Positions 25,237-39,617 are shown, numbered from the stretch's first letter. The stretch: DNA of 64,000 nucleotides from Octopus sinensis (GCF_006345805.1 NC_043002.1:57536001-57600000); one strand, 5' to 3'. Program-made: numbers and translations. The notes: generated from the sequence alone by a model not told the origin.

Positions 25237-25916
25237 AGCGCACATGCATACATATACTCACACACATACATACATGTTTATGTATAGTCTACTTAAGTTA
25301 TATTAAATCTTAACCTTTATTTATCAACAAATTTTTCCATAATTGATTTTCGCTCGAAGAATAGTCCTTCTGTTTATATTTTACTTATTCTTTCTGATCT
25401 TTATTATTTGTTAATTCGTCAAGCTTCTCAGTGTCGTTGCTTCACAGCTTTATGTTCGCCTCTTTTATACAGAAATACTATTTGCATACATTTCAGCTTT
25501 TGTGTTGTTGATATATAAATCGGTTTTATTGCAAACAAAAGAGCCATTGTCTAAAGAGCGATAACCGTTTCCAGCTAAAACCTCTTCACCTTAAATTATC
25601 GGGAAGTAGTGGGTGGCTAAGGTGGAGGGTCTCATAAAAGCGCTCTATGTTGGAGTCTATTATTACATTTCTGAACTGGCTGTCATCTTCGTTATTAAAG
25701 ATATTTAATGATTGGTTGGCAGAGAGGATAACTCCATCATTCGGCAGATTAAATGTCGTGTAGTATTTTATCTTCGTCATTCTTTTTTGTCCGTTCTGTG
25801 TTCAAATCACGTCGAAGTCGACTTTGCTTTCCATTACTCTCCTCTCAAACACAGATTTATGGTAGGCAGAGTCGACTTCGATGAAATATCAACATCGAAC
25901 GAAAAAAAATAATAAC

Positions 25917-26087
25917 AGGCGCATGCGTGGCTATGTGGTGAGAAGCTTTCTTCCCAACCACATAGTTCCGGGTTCAGTCACACTGCGTAACACCTTGGGT
26001 AAGTATCTTCTACTATAGCATCAGGCCAACCAAAGCCTTGTGAGTGGATTTGGTTGACGGAAAATGAAAGAAGCCCGTCGTATATAC

Positions 26088-26146
<59 letters not shown>

Positions 26147-26156
26147 TATATATGTG

Positions 26157-26190
<34 letters not shown>

Positions 26191-26345
26191 CGTGTGTGTG
26201 TGTGTTTGTCCCCCACCATCGCTTGACAACCGATGCTGGTGTGTTTATGTCCCCGAAACTTAATGTTTTGGCAAATGAAACCGATAGAATAAGTCCCTCA
26301 CCATGGCTGCAGTCAAATGACTGAAACAAGTAAAAGAATAAAAGA
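25917..26345 (+). mobile_element. SINE family B
   Basis: aggcgcatgcgtggctatgtggtgag..ccgggttcagtc head, core, internal (TA)n/(TG)n, tail gactgaaacaagtaaaagaataaaagaat. Confidence 0.88.
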
Positions 26346-26384
26346 ATAACAAAAAGAAGATTCTACAAAAAGAAGCCCCAAAAC

Positions 26385-26715
26385 TGGTCCTCCGTCGGTT
26401 ACGATGATGAGTGTCCCAGTTGATTCGTTCAATGGGACAGCCAGTTCGTCAAATTAACGTGCAGGTGGCTGAGCACTCCACAGTGTTTGTGGAGTGCTCC
26501 ATAACATAATTCTCAGGGAGATTCAGCTTGGCACAGGATATGGTAAGGCTGGTCCCTTTTGAATTGCAGGTACAACTCGTTTTTGTCAGCTGAGTGGATG
26601 GGAGCACCGTAAAGTAAATTGTCTTGTTAAAAGACACAGCGCACCGACAGGAATCGAACTCCCTATCTTACGGCTGTGAGCCGAATACACTAGCCACTAA
26701 GACATGCGCCTTCAC
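26385..26715 (-). mobile_element. SINE family C-related
   Basis: Minus tRNA-like head (GGAGTTCGATTCC) and tail catcgtaaccgacggag shared with 7674-8058. Confidence 0.75.
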
Positions 26716-26892
26716 AAGAAACTACAAAGCAATCTCATTGACCCTGAAAGGAATCGATAACATATTCCAGTCCAGCACTGGGTTGACTGAGTCAACTTAA
26801 TCCTTTCCCTTGAAACTGCTGGCCTAAGGCCACAGTTTGAAGCCAGTACTAAGAGGCATAGTTTACGTGTATTTATGATACAATGACAAAAT

Positions 26893-27315
26893 ATTCTTTT
26901 CTACCCTAGACACAAGACCCGAAATTTTGGGGGAGGGGGCCAGTCGATTAGATCGACCCCAATACGCAATTGGTGCTTAATTTATCGACCGAAAGGATGA
27001 AAAGCAAAGTCGACCTCGGCAGAATTTGGACTCAAAACGTAAAGACAGACGAAATACCGCTAAGCATTTCGCCCGGCGTGCTAACGTTTCTTATTGCCCA
27101 CAATGGGCGAAACATAGAGGGGACAAACAAGGACAGACAAAGGGATTAAGTGGATTACATTGACTCTAGTGCGTAACTGGTACTTAATTTATCGACCCCG
27201 AAAGGATGAAAAGCAAAGTCAGCCTCGGCGGAATTTGAACTCAGAACGCAGCGGCGGACGAAATACCACAAAGCATTTCGCCTAGCGTGCTAACGTTTCT
27301 GCCAGCTCGCCGCCT
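26893..27315 (-). mobile_element. SINE family A composite dimer (tail 1 then tail 2)
   Basis: Two bodies. On minus, tail 1 gcccattgtgggcaataagaaa is joined into gaaacgttagcacg; the element ends agggtagaaaagaata. Confidence 0.88.
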
Positions 27316-27639
27316 TACAATGACAAAAGATTAGGCGGCTTCTTGGCAATGAATACCCTACCTCTTTGCGATTGGTTAATTTAACTTGAAGTGATTAATA
27401 ACATAAACATCACAGAAAATAATTAAGTTGATCAAATTTTGGGGTTATTTCATTTAATATTTAAAAGTGAACCTTTTATGTATGTATATATGGGGGGGGG
27501 CATATCATTGTCTTTTTCAACATTATTTTATATATCATTGTTAGCTTATTTATTTGTTCGTTGGTATTATAATCATTAAATAATCGATTTTTATTAAAGT
27601 GTTATCGATATTTATCCATTTACGAAAATACATTCCTTA

Positions 27640-27641
27640 CA

Positions 27642-27682
<41 letters not shown>

Positions 27683-27787
27683 AGAGAAAGAGAGGGAGAG
27701 AGAGAGAAAAAAGGAGATAGAAAGAGAAGGAAAGGTGGATAGAGAGAGAGAGAGAGAAAGGAGATAGAAAGAGAAGGAAAGGTGGAG

Positions 27788-27829
<42 letters not shown>

Positions 27830-27886
27830 ATAGAAAGAGAAGGAAAGGTGGAGAGATACAGAGAGAGAGAGAGAGAGAGAGAGAGC
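27640..27886. repeat. (GA)n tract with 3 copies of aaggagatagaaagagaaggaaaggtgga
   Basis: Direct reading. Confidence 0.9.
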
Positions 27887-28133
27887 GTCACAATGATATA
27901 GACTCATTAAATACCGTTTGTCTCGAGTCTTTTTTTCATTCTATTGTTATTGTATATAATTTCTACCTGATGCTTCACTGGTTACCACCATTCACGTTTA
28001 TATACACCCAGTGATAATAATAATTAACTTTATTTTATTTCTTTATATTTCCTGACTTCGTTTCACACGGAAAAAAATCACCAATTTTCGCATCAGTGGT
28101 AGAGTTGATTGAATCAAATCAAACAGGAAAATA

Positions 28134-28312
28134 CATACATACATGCATTCATACATACATACATACATACATACATACATACATACATACATACATACAT
28201 ACATGCATACATACATACATGCATTCATACATACATACATACATACATACATACATACATACATACATACATACATACATACATACATACATACATACGT
28301 ACTTACATACAT
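28134..28312. repeat. (CATA)n microsatellite
   Basis: Direct reading; abuts the 5' junction of the R4-clade LINE. Confidence 0.95.
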
Positions 28313-30665
28313 ATTATTGGATATTGGTACAAGAAGCTAACCTTCTACCGACCATATCTTATCAACCTGTACCAGCAAGCTCTCAATGGGAACTGTAGCG
28401 TACCACATTGGTTAGCTCTGGCAGAAACAATACTGATCCCCAAATGCAGAACCACTCACATGACAAAAAACTACCGGCCAATTGCATGTCAGAAATTAAT
28501 GTATAAGATATATACAGTATGATTAAACTTCTTCCTCCAGGACCATTGTGAAATCAGTAACATTATCACAGCAGAACAAGCAGCTGGGAAGAAGGGAGTC
28601 TGGGGATGTGCCGAGCAATTGTTAATTAACAAAACTGTGATGTCAGAAGTACGAGAGCATAGGAGGAACCTAGTTTCAATGTGGCTAGACTACAAGAAAG
28701 CCCCTGACTCAGTTTCCCACTCATGGATGCTAGAAGCCCTTCAACGTACTAAAGTTCCAATGAGAATAGTCCAAGACATAGCTTGCTTAACTTCATCGTG
28801 GGCCATCATCTTGAGTTTGAACACAAGGAGTGACTGTATTATCACTGATCGAATACCGTATCACAGAGGCATATTCCAAGGAGACAGCCTCTCTGTGATG
28901 TTGTTTATACTATCTGTAAACCCCTTGTCATTAATGTTAAGGAAGTCTGAAGGATATCTCAATGGTTCACAACGAAACAGAAATACCAAAATTACATAGT
29001 TTCTTTGTGGATGACTTAAAACTATATGCAAAGAATATGCTTGAGAGGAAAAAAGACTTGACCTGGTTATAACATTTCCAAAGGAAACAGGGCTGGAGTT
29101 TGGTCAGGAGAAATATTGCTTTTATGGTTGCGAAAAGAGGGAAAACTGTAAACCAGACTAGCAGCATCTCCATCAATGACCTAAATATTTCCCCTATATC
29201 TGATGAGGAATGTTATAGGTATCAAGGGGTAGACGAAAACATAACTTACAGTGGCACCTGTAACGAAACAGGTGTCACTCAAGAACATTACAGCCGAATA
29301 ATGAAAATTTGGACCTGGTAACTCTCTGCATTCAATAAAACAGTGGCCCACGATGCGTTTCCAATGCGTTTCCAGTACTCATACCAACATTTGAGCTGCT
29401 TAATTGAACGTTTGATGAAATTCGAGCCGTTGATGTGAAATCCTGGAGGATACTAACCAGTACACATAAATTCCACATAAACAGTGACGTAGACCGCATC
29501 TACCTAAAACGAAAGCAAGGTGGCAGAGGTTTAGCATCGATCCAAACTGCTTTGAATGTCGTATCATATCCCTTCCGCAACGTCTTTTAACCACCAAGTG
29601 TCCAAGTGCATCCCTTGACCAAGTTTGCATATATGAGGCTGATAACATCATAAGTCTTGGAAAGCAGCTCTCTGAGCATTCCTTGTCTGATAATCTTAAA
29701 TACATGCCCAAAGAAGTCGCACGACTGTACCGCAATATATCATCAGATGAAAGGATGAGCGTATGTGAGCAGAAGACCATGCATGGATATGTTAGTAGAA
29801 AGTTCTGAGATGACAGTAACATCGATCATCAAAGCAGTCTATCATGAACCAAACAGCCGAATTATTACCTCCCACGTTGAAAGGTATTCTTTTGCAATCC
29901 AGGAACAGGAAATATCGACCAAATACCTGATGCACAAAAGGGACAGAGATGCAGGAAAAGCAGTAAAATGTGATAGCCGATGCAGACTTATGGAGTTCAC
30001 ACCGAAGATATTACGCACATCATAAGCAGTGTCCGAAAATGTCATCACAGTATTATCTACCGATGAGACATTGTAGATAGGACACTCTATAATGAAATCT
30101 GTTGGAAAAATAACCCCTAGGACAAAGAAATAAGAACCCACAGTATAGTAGAGGCCATAGCTACTCATAATAAAAAGGAGTACTGATGGAATGTCCCAGT
30201 GAAAACCTCAATAAAATGTAAGGACAACAGACCTGATACAATGATTTGAGAAAGAGAAGAGAAACTGTGCACAGATGAGGAAATTAGTTGCCCAGCGGAT
30301 GTTAATCTAAAACTGAAGATCGGTGAAAAAGTGAATATCTACACTGAGGTATTGAGAACTCTGCAGTTAGCCTATGCAGATTACAAGTTCAGGTTTATAA
30401 CTGTAATTATTGGGGCACTGGGATGTATAACACACTGCCTACATATCAATCTTAAGAAATTACGCCTCTCAAAACCAGAAAGGAGAAAGCTGTTTCGAAG
30501 ACTACAGAACTAAACCATCACAGGAACTGTAAAAATTATTTAGCTTATCATAAAAATCATAAAGTTTATCATTTACGTATATATATGAGCATGTCTAGAC
30601 ATGCAACTATATGCATGAGAATACATACATGAAACAAAACATACACATCTGCATGTATACGTAAA
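28313..30665 (+). mobile_element. 5'-truncated R4-clade (RT + RLE) LINE, inactivated
   Basis: RT motifs YWYKKL, TILIPK..KNYRPIAC, WLDYKKAPDSVSHSW, GIFQGDSLS, FFVDDLKLY, GGRGL. C-terminal AIQEQEI, CDSRCRL, NRPD, ISCP, VIIGALG. Many frameshifts and stops; (CATA)n follows at 30666-30700. Confidence 0.9.
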
Positions 30666-31439
30666 TACATACATACATACATACATACATACATACATAC
30701 TAAAATACCCTGTTGAGGTTTTTGAAATTCCAATGAAGGAGCACTGGATCTAGGTTAGAAACCGGTTCTTTATTAGCAAGAAATCTTCGAATAAAACTGA
30801 ATGACAAGTAAACGTCTCCCTTTGGAACTGTTTTGACAAAACACTCAAGTCAGTTATATCAACACACCAGCAGGCACTAAGACACCGGTGGTTTGGCATT
30901 TTTGTACCTATTCGGTCAGAGACACCATTCAGAACGAACTCTGAATCTATACTAGAATGTTCTTTCTTATTTATAGATTTCTGCAAACAAAATATTTCTT
31001 GATGTGTGCGAACGTTTGCCGAGCTGATATTAAAATATTATGAGCAAGCAAAACAGCGAGAATGAAAACAATAATGTTTATACATTACAGGTTCCAGTAG
31101 ATTTGAGGGAAATAGGTGAGCAAGGAAGAAGAAATGATAACTTCAGATGTAGAGTGTGCATCTGTCTGGCAGCTCTGTATGGTTCTACACATGTGACAGC
31201 ATGCACCTGGCGTTGTTATGATAGTCACACCGTTCATGTATCGTTTAATGTATGTACATCAATCAAGTGTTTTTATGTTAATGTATTCAGATTGTTTCTT
31301 TGATATTTTGCACACACACACGCATATATGCACACACATGCACACATGCACACACGTACGTACATGCACAAATACACACACATACACGCGCACATGCACG
31401 CATGAACGCACACACGCATATATATATATATATATATAT

Positions 31440-31606
31440 AGGCGTAGGAGTGGCTGTGTGGTAAGTAGCTTGCTTACGAACCACATAGTTCTGGGTTGAG
31501 TCCCATTGCATGGCACCTTGCACAAGTGAGTTCTACTATAGCATCGGGCCGACCAAAGCCTCGTGAGTGAATTTGGTAGATGGAAACTGAAAGAAGCCCG
31601 TCGTAG

Positions 31607-31666
<60 letters not shown>

Positions 31667-31897
31667 ATGTGTGTGTGTGTGTATATGTTTGTGTCTGTGT
31701 TTGTTCCTCCTCCCCACATCGCTTGACAACCGATGCTGGTGTGTTTAAGACTCCGTAACTTAGCAGTTCGGCAAGAGAAACAGACAGAATAAGCACTAGG
31801 CTTACAAAGAATAAGTTCTGGGGTCGATTTGCTCGATTAAAGGCGGTGCTCCAGCATGACCACAGTCAAATAACTGAAACAAGTAAAAGAGTAAAAG

Positions 31898-31898
<1 letters not shown>
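31440..31898 (+). mobile_element. SINE family B, full length
   Basis: aggcgtaggagtggctgtgtggtaagtagc head through cagtcaaataactgaaacaagtaaaagagtaaaaga tail. Confidence 0.9.
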
Positions 31899-31928
<30 letters not shown>

Positions 31929-32293
31929 TACATAAAGACATACGAACATACATGGATGTATACACACACATACAAACCGACAGACACCCACAGACACACA
32001 CACACAAACACACACAAACGCACAAGTATATTTGTGTGTGAGTGAGTATTCATATTTCTGTGTGTCTCTGTCGGTGTGTGTAGATTTCGACAAATATATT
32101 GTACATCTTCTTTATAGTGGACAGTTCCACACATTTAATCAATGGTGTTCCATCAAATCTCCCATGTTTACGAGGAAATCTGAAGAACCAGGAATTCTCA
32201 AAGAAAAGAGCAAAGAAACTTCTTTACGTTTGAGAAATTGAATAATGAACAACTTCGCACAGTTCAACACTTCTGACCGAAGATGTCGAACAT

Positions 32294-32474
32294 ATGTACG
32301 TATGTATGTATGTATGTATGTATGTATGTATGTATGTATGTATGTATGTATGTATGTATGTATGTATGTATGTATGCATGTATGTATGTATGAATGTATG
32401 TATGTATGTATGTATGTATGTATGTATGTATGTATGTACGTACGTATGTATGTATATATATATATATGTATGTA

Positions 32475-32546
<72 letters not shown>

Positions 32547-32548
32547 TG

Positions 32549-32620
<72 letters not shown>
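32294..32620. repeat. Compound (TATG)n-(TA)n-(TATC)n microsatellite
   Basis: Direct reading. Confidence 0.95.
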
Positions 32621-32851
32621 AGATAAGATAGCATTCTGAATCCAGAATCAAAAACACGAATACATTATTCTTCATTTCTGCCTACAAAGAAACTTTGTCT
32701 GCTGATCAAAGACAGGACCTGGCTACATTCTTGGAATAATTCTACGGCACCAAGAGATGTCGGTTTCAGACTTACGAAGCAAAACCTAAGCACCTTTTTA
32801 AATGGGTTAATTATTGCGTAAAAATATTTATACATCTATCAATCTTCCATC

Positions 32852-32898
<47 letters not shown>

Positions 32899-33239
32899 AC
32901 TCACACATATGAGGAGAGAAAGGAGAGATGGCGAGAAAGAGAAAGCGAGAGAATGTGTTAAAGAAAGTAGAAGTAAGCGTAGTATAGTCACATAATATTG
33001 CTCAAACATACTGAGAAAAATAACGGGGTTTCACATTACGGGTCTCTCAAAAATCTGCGCTGGTTCATGCATCTACGACGTTATTTGATCTCATTGCATA
33101 ACATGCAAGGTACGACACAAGTATTGATTGTTCAAACAGCTATAATGTATAGGCTCAATTACATCACTTATTTACACCTGCAACTCTCTCTGTAAATATA
33201 TTCCTTTCGCCTACTTTTGTTTATCTGCCTTTTCAGCTT

Positions 33240-33672
<433 letters not shown>

Positions 33673-33938
33673 TTTACTGATTTGATATCAGAACAAGCGC
33701 TTTCTGATTAGCTCAACATGTCCGAGCTATTCATCACTGAAGAGGTTAAGTCACTTTGAAACACGGTGTTTAGCTGTCGATCTAAGCGAAGGCTTGTGGT
33801 TTAAACGCGTAAAAGGTTTCTCTGTGACAAAATATCACCCCCACACATCTCCATACATACATGCAAACATACATGCATACATAAATAAATACATACATAC
33901 ATACACACAGACACGCACACACACACACACAAACACAT

Positions 33939-34031
<93 letters not shown>

Positions 34032-34533
34032 ATGCATATATAATTTTGACACCAAGGCCTTATTTACTCAGAGATTCTATATATCGTTGACGAGAGATTT
34101 GACTGATATCGCACTGCTGGACATCTGTCACTGAAGAAGTCATAGCAGGGTGAAATCACGTGATCTATCTGTTTCGGCGGCTGTAGTAGAGGACTTTTCT
34201 CTGTCAACAAAATGTTTTTATGCACTGCGATTCTTGATGCGAGATCCTTTCTCAAGTTAAATAAGGTAAGATTCTGTGTTCTAACACAACCTCCACGTTA
34301 AGTTAGATATAAAGATTACCGTTTGACATTAATGATGCCTCTGTTAGCATTAATTACATTTATGTACAGATGAAGGTACGTATCTATATCTTTATGCATG
34401 TGGCCATGTGTGTGTATGTGTGAATGTATATGCGTATGCACGCGTATGTATAATCTTGTATATCTGTGTGCATACATGTATATCTGTATGTATATGTATA
34501 TACTTATGTGTGTGTGTGTGTGGGCGTGCGTGC

Positions 34534-34585
<52 letters not shown>

Positions 34586-35274
34586 AATTGTTAAACTTTG
34601 CCAATACCAACAATTGCTTAAAAATTACGATGCCAAGAAAACAAAAAGAGAATGAAGATAGTTCTTATATTTTTGCTTTATACTTCTTTCAGTTGAATTT
34701 TCATGCGCCATATTGTTACAAAATAAAAATAAAAAAAACTATGTAAGTTCAAACAATATTTACTTAGCGTTATACTATTTACACTGTAGTGTTTTAATAC
34801 AATTTGTATGGAGCAACTATGAAGTCGTTTGATCGAACGTCTTGGGGGTTGAGTTTTTATGTGCAATCAATGTTTGATAGTACTTTGTACCGCCTTCGTT
34901 TCTCTCTATCATAAGCTTCTTTGATGTACGGGTTTGTTGCTGCGCATCAAGGTAATGTTGTGAGGTTTAATGCATCTATGCTGTATTTTAAGGGGTTTCA
35001 GAGTATGTTTGCAAGTAATGCACTTCGAGTGTGTATACATGTGTGTGTGTGTGTGTGTGTGTTAGTAATGGGGTTTCTTTTGTTGATGCCATGAGTTCTG
35101 CTTTTGGTTTGTTTATTAAGAAATTATTCCATATCTGAAATAAACAATGACTCGAGTGCTCGCTTTTTGTGATAAAAAAAAACAAAAACAAACGAAAAAA
35201 ATCCAATTATTTCTACCAATTTGATACACAACCAATATCATAAATCATCGCTATAGAACACAGAGAGGAGCTGG

Positions 35275-35346
<72 letters not shown>

Positions 35347-35504
35347 TAATAATAATAAGTCTTTGTTTAATAAAATGTCATTAAATCAAAACCTACTTGT
35401 AGATCGGATAATTGCATAATTTCATTGCATAATATTTTGCCCAGTCTTTCTTTTTAAGTAAAAATGGTAAAAAAAGTTGCATAAATTTCAATATTTATAA
35501 GTGT

Positions 35505-35635
35505 AGCTGATTGGCAGAATGGTGAGCATGCTGTGAGAAATGCTTAGTGGTATTTCGTCTGTCCTTACGTTCTGAGTTCGAATTCCGCCGAGGTCGACTT
35601 GCCTTCCATCATTTCGGGATCTATAAATTAAGAAA
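35505..35635 (+). mobile_element. SINE family A, 5' part
   Basis: tggcagaatggtgagcatg..gaaatgcttagtggtatttcgtctg..gagttcgaattccgccgaggtcgac. Confidence 0.8.
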
Positions 35636-35769
35636 CTTGCTGATCTACTAAAATTTGAAACCGATATTTATAAGTGATTCTGAAAGTTTCTGTTCCCACA
35701 AGGAGTTTGAAAAGAGTGTAGAAGGTCGATCAGGATTAGAAACAACAGTCGCCAAACGAGACAGACATT

Positions 35770-35982
35770 CTTTTACTCTTTTATTTGTTTCAGTCATTGG
35801 ACTGCGGCCATGCTAGAGTACCGTCATTAGTCGAACAAATATCAGCCCCAGAACTTATTCTTTGTAAGCCTAGTACTTATTCTATCGGTCCCTTTTGCCG
35901 AACCGCTAAGTTACGGGGACGTAAACACGCCAACAGCGGTGTCAAGCGATGGTGGGGGGGGGACAAACACAGCCACACAAAC

Positions 35983-35990
<8 letters not shown>
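35770..35990 (-). mobile_element. SINE family B, 3' half
   Basis: ttgtttcagtcattggactgcggccatgc ... ccgaaccgctaagttacggggacgtaaac. Confidence 0.85.
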
Positions 35991-36065
<75 letters not shown>

Positions 36066-36066
<1 letters not shown>

Positions 36067-36200
36067 ATACAACAGAGAATGAGTTTCCGTCGGTGTGTTT
36101 GTCATGTTTAAACTCGAGACCCACCCAATCAATTTTAATGAAATTTTACACATGCGTTACATAGGGTCCATGCAGAGTTATGGACCCTCTCTCAGAGAGC
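36066..36200 (+). mobile_element. Possible non-autonomous Helitron-like 5' segment
   Basis: gtgtgtttgtc..aaactcgaga...aattttaatgaaatttt resembles recalled Helitron/HINE 5' motifs; no 3' CTAG end found. Confidence 0.3.
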
Positions 36201-36344
36201 TGAGAGACAGGTGAGAGACGAAACACAGCTGAAAGGTGAAACATAATATAATGCGATGATCTGACTCGTCAGCCTCGCCAGATATCTCTATTTCAGTGGG
36301 TATTTCACAAAATCTGTTAACAATTTCGTGTACAGATATTCTTT

Positions 36345-36712
36345 CTCTTTTTTTTTGTCATTTGACTGCGGCCATGCTGGAGCACCGGTTTTAGTCGAGC
36401 AAATCGACCCCAGGACTTATTCTATCGTTCTCTTTTGCCGAACCGCTAAGTTACGGGGACGTAAAGGCACCAGCATCGGTTGTCAATCGATGTTGGGGGA
36501 CAAACACAGACGCACAAACACACACTCACACACACATACATATATAAGATGGGCTTCTTTCAGTTTCCACCTACCAAATCCACTCACAAAGCTTTTGTCA
36601 GCCTGAGGCGATAGTAGAAGACAGTTACTCAAGGTACCATGCAGTGGGACTGGACTCGGAACCATGTAGTTGGTAAGCAAACTTGCTTACCACACAGCTA
36701 CTCCTGCGCCTA
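36345..36712 (-). mobile_element. SINE family B
   Basis: gtcatttgactgcggccatgctggagcacc ... ttaccacacagctactcctgcgcct. Confidence 0.88.
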
Positions 36713-36789
36713 CATATAAAGAAACAGAGTATGCTTCACAAAATCCTATCCTTTTGTTTTTTACAAAATTATGTCTTTTATGTATGTCT

Positions 36790-36969
36790 TTACTGGTTTC
36801 AGTCATTAGACTGCGACCATGCTGGGGTACTGTCTTGAAGAATCGACCCCGGTACTTATTTTCATGTAAAGCCTGGTTCTTATTCAGTCGCTGTCTTTTG
36901 CAGAACCGCTAAGTTACGGAGACGTGAACAGACCATCACCGGCTGTCAAACAAACACAAAGACAAACAG

Positions 36970-37018
<49 letters not shown>

Positions 37019-37225
37019 CACATACACTCACGCACACACATGCACCCTCTTATCTATATACGAAGGTCTTTCAGTTTCAGTTTCCTTCTACCAAATTTAC
37101 TCACAAGGTTTGGTCGGTCCGTGATTATAGTAGAAGACATTTGGCCAAGACGCCACGCAGTGGGACTGAACACCGGACTATGCGGTTCGGAAGCAAGCTT
37201 CTTGGCACATAACCACGCCTGCATC
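36790..37225 (-). mobile_element. SINE family B (diverged)
   Basis: gtttcagtcattagactgcgaccatgctgg ... ggaagcaagcttcttggcacataaccacgcctgc. Confidence 0.82.
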
Positions 37226-37499
37226 TTCAAATGATTTGATTGCTTTTGCAAACGTTTTCGAAAACTAAACGTGTGCTTGAAATTCTAAAAAGCCAAGCGA
37301 AATCGTAAGTACCAGTAATAATTATAGGGTATGCTACGTTGATGTAAGCGGCATTATAATCATGAGACATTATAAGAAAAAGAATTGTTTATCGAAGACT
37401 TACTGAAGAAGAAAGGAGAAAGAAAGCCAAGAATTAAGTGGATGGTTACAATGAAGTATTGGGGAGTTAGAATAGAATTAAGGGCAGCACAGACTGCGT

Positions 37500-37553
37500 A
37501 GACATGGTGATGCATGATATTCATGGTGATAATGATAATGCTGCTGCTGTTGA

Positions 37554-37585
<32 letters not shown>

Positions 37586-37716
37586 ATGATGATGTTTATG
37601 GTAGTAGTAGTTGAATTTGTAATGATGTTGATGATGATGATGATGATAATGATAATGATGATGATGGTGTTGAGATGATGGTGATGGTGTTTTTTTGCCG
37701 TGGCGGTGGAATGATG

Positions 37717-37803
<87 letters not shown>

Positions 37804-38030
37804 ATTATTATTATTATTATTATTATTACGAAGATAATGATGATGATGATGATGATGATGATGATGGCGGTGGTGACTGTGGTGGTGATGATGAAGGTAG
37901 TTGTGGTGGTATTGGTGATGGTGGTGGTGATGATGGATTATGATGACTCTGGTGATGATGATGATGATGGTGGTGACGATCATGATGACGACGACGATGG
38001 TATTGGTGACGATTGTGTTGGTGTTTGTTG
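37500..38030. repeat. Compound trinucleotide tract (GAT/GGT/ATT/GTT)n
   Basis: Direct reading. Confidence 0.93.
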
Positions 38031-38697
38031 GTGCCAAAGCCGATAAAAATAGAAAAAACCACAGGTACTTAGTGATAATAAAATAAAAACAAAAATAACT
38101 ACCGGGGTCGATTTATTTCACTTAAAACCTTTCAAAGCGGTACTCCAGCATGGCCGCAGTCTAATCACTGAAACAAGTGAAAGATAAAAAAAACTAAACA
38201 ACGAACGTGGGTGGAGCAGAACAGTTACGCATCGTGAGACATCTTGAAGAATTCTTGGGAACGTCTTGAACTTCAATGTTGGTACAGATGTGGAATGGTG
38301 CCTTGGATGTGAAGTGTAGTTGTTTTGGGGCGTCCGTTTGGTGAATCGGGTAAAGAAGCTTCCCGAACGTCACCAGTGAGGTTCTGAACCAATCGACTCG
38401 GGGTCATCCAGATGGTATCTTGAGGGACTGGAAGATAGGGTTTATCAAAGGATGTCCTTAAGTATCATTTCACCACCATAAACACCACCACCACCACCAC
38501 CACCACCATCACCACCAATACCGCCACCACTAACATCACCATCACTACTATCACCATCACTATATATATATATATATTTAAATAATAAGTGTAAAAATTG
38601 ATATTAATTGAATTAATATAAATTTAAATCAGTGGCCTAGCATATAGAAAAAATCTGAATAATCAGAAAAATATATTACATACATATAAGAGAAATA

Positions 38698-38810
38698 CCA
38701 CTAGGAGGACTCCTAATATGTCTGACCACAAAGAAAAATTGAGAATAATTTTCCTTAGTGGTCAGACCATATAGGGTCTACCTTTAGCATATTAGGAATC
38801 CACTTAGTGG
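38698..38810. repeat. Imperfect palindrome (MITE-like)
   Basis: 38698-38720 pairs with 38788-38810 (20/23); 38721-38740 pairs with 38747-38766 (18/20). Confidence 0.75.
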
Positions 38811-38826
38811 TCATTCCTCTGATATA

Positions 38827-38981
<155 letters not shown>

Positions 38982-38993
38982 ATATATATATAT

Positions 38994-39168
38994 AGGCACC
39001 GCAGGAGTGGCTGTGTGGTAAGTAGCTTGCTAACCAACCACATGGTTCCAGGTTCAGTCCCACTGCATGGCATCTTGGGCAAGTGTCTTCTGCTATAGCC
39101 TGGGGCCGACCAATGCCTTGTGAGTGGATTTGGTAGACGGAAACTGAAAGAAGCCTGTCGTATATATG

Positions 39169-39199
<31 letters not shown>

Positions 39200-39395
39200 A
39201 TGTGTTTGTGTGTTTGTCCTCCTAGCATAGCTTGACAACCGATGCTGGTGTGTTTACGTCCCCGTCACTTAACAGTACGATATAATACGTACTGGGCTTA
39301 CAAAGAATAAGTCCCGGGGTCGATTTGGTCGACTAAGGCGGTGCTCCAGCATGGCCGCAGTCAAATGACTGATACAAGTAGAAGAGAGAGTAAAG
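38994..39395 (+). mobile_element. SINE family B, full length
   Basis: caggagtggctgtgtggtaagtagc..ccaggttcagtccc head to ggtgctccagcatggccgcagtcaaatgactg tail. Confidence 0.9.
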
Positions 39396-39419
39396 AGTGT
39401 ATATTCAAAATATGACCAC

Positions 39420-39617
39420 GTGTGTATCGTTGGCCATTTTTCCCCTCCGTCTTCCCTTCCTTGGATCTTGCCTTTTCTTATATTTCTGACGAAGAGCTCC
39501 GTTCGAAACGTTACATCCTCCTTCTTTCTTTCCTTTCCTGAGTGTCCAGTAACACTATATTTGTTCCACGTCCTCGCGTTGTTGTGTTTTCTCTTTGTGT
39601 TTCATATTTGGATTAAC

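Noticed and set aside
25586-25795. 64-aa complex ORF on minus with an AG|GT donor-like end, as a host exon
   Set aside because: The acceptor lacks a polypyrimidine tract and the peptide is unrecognised; it cannot be supported without RNA data.
34131-34175. CTGAAGA...GAAA hammerhead-like motif
   Set aside because: Neither stem I nor stem II pairs.
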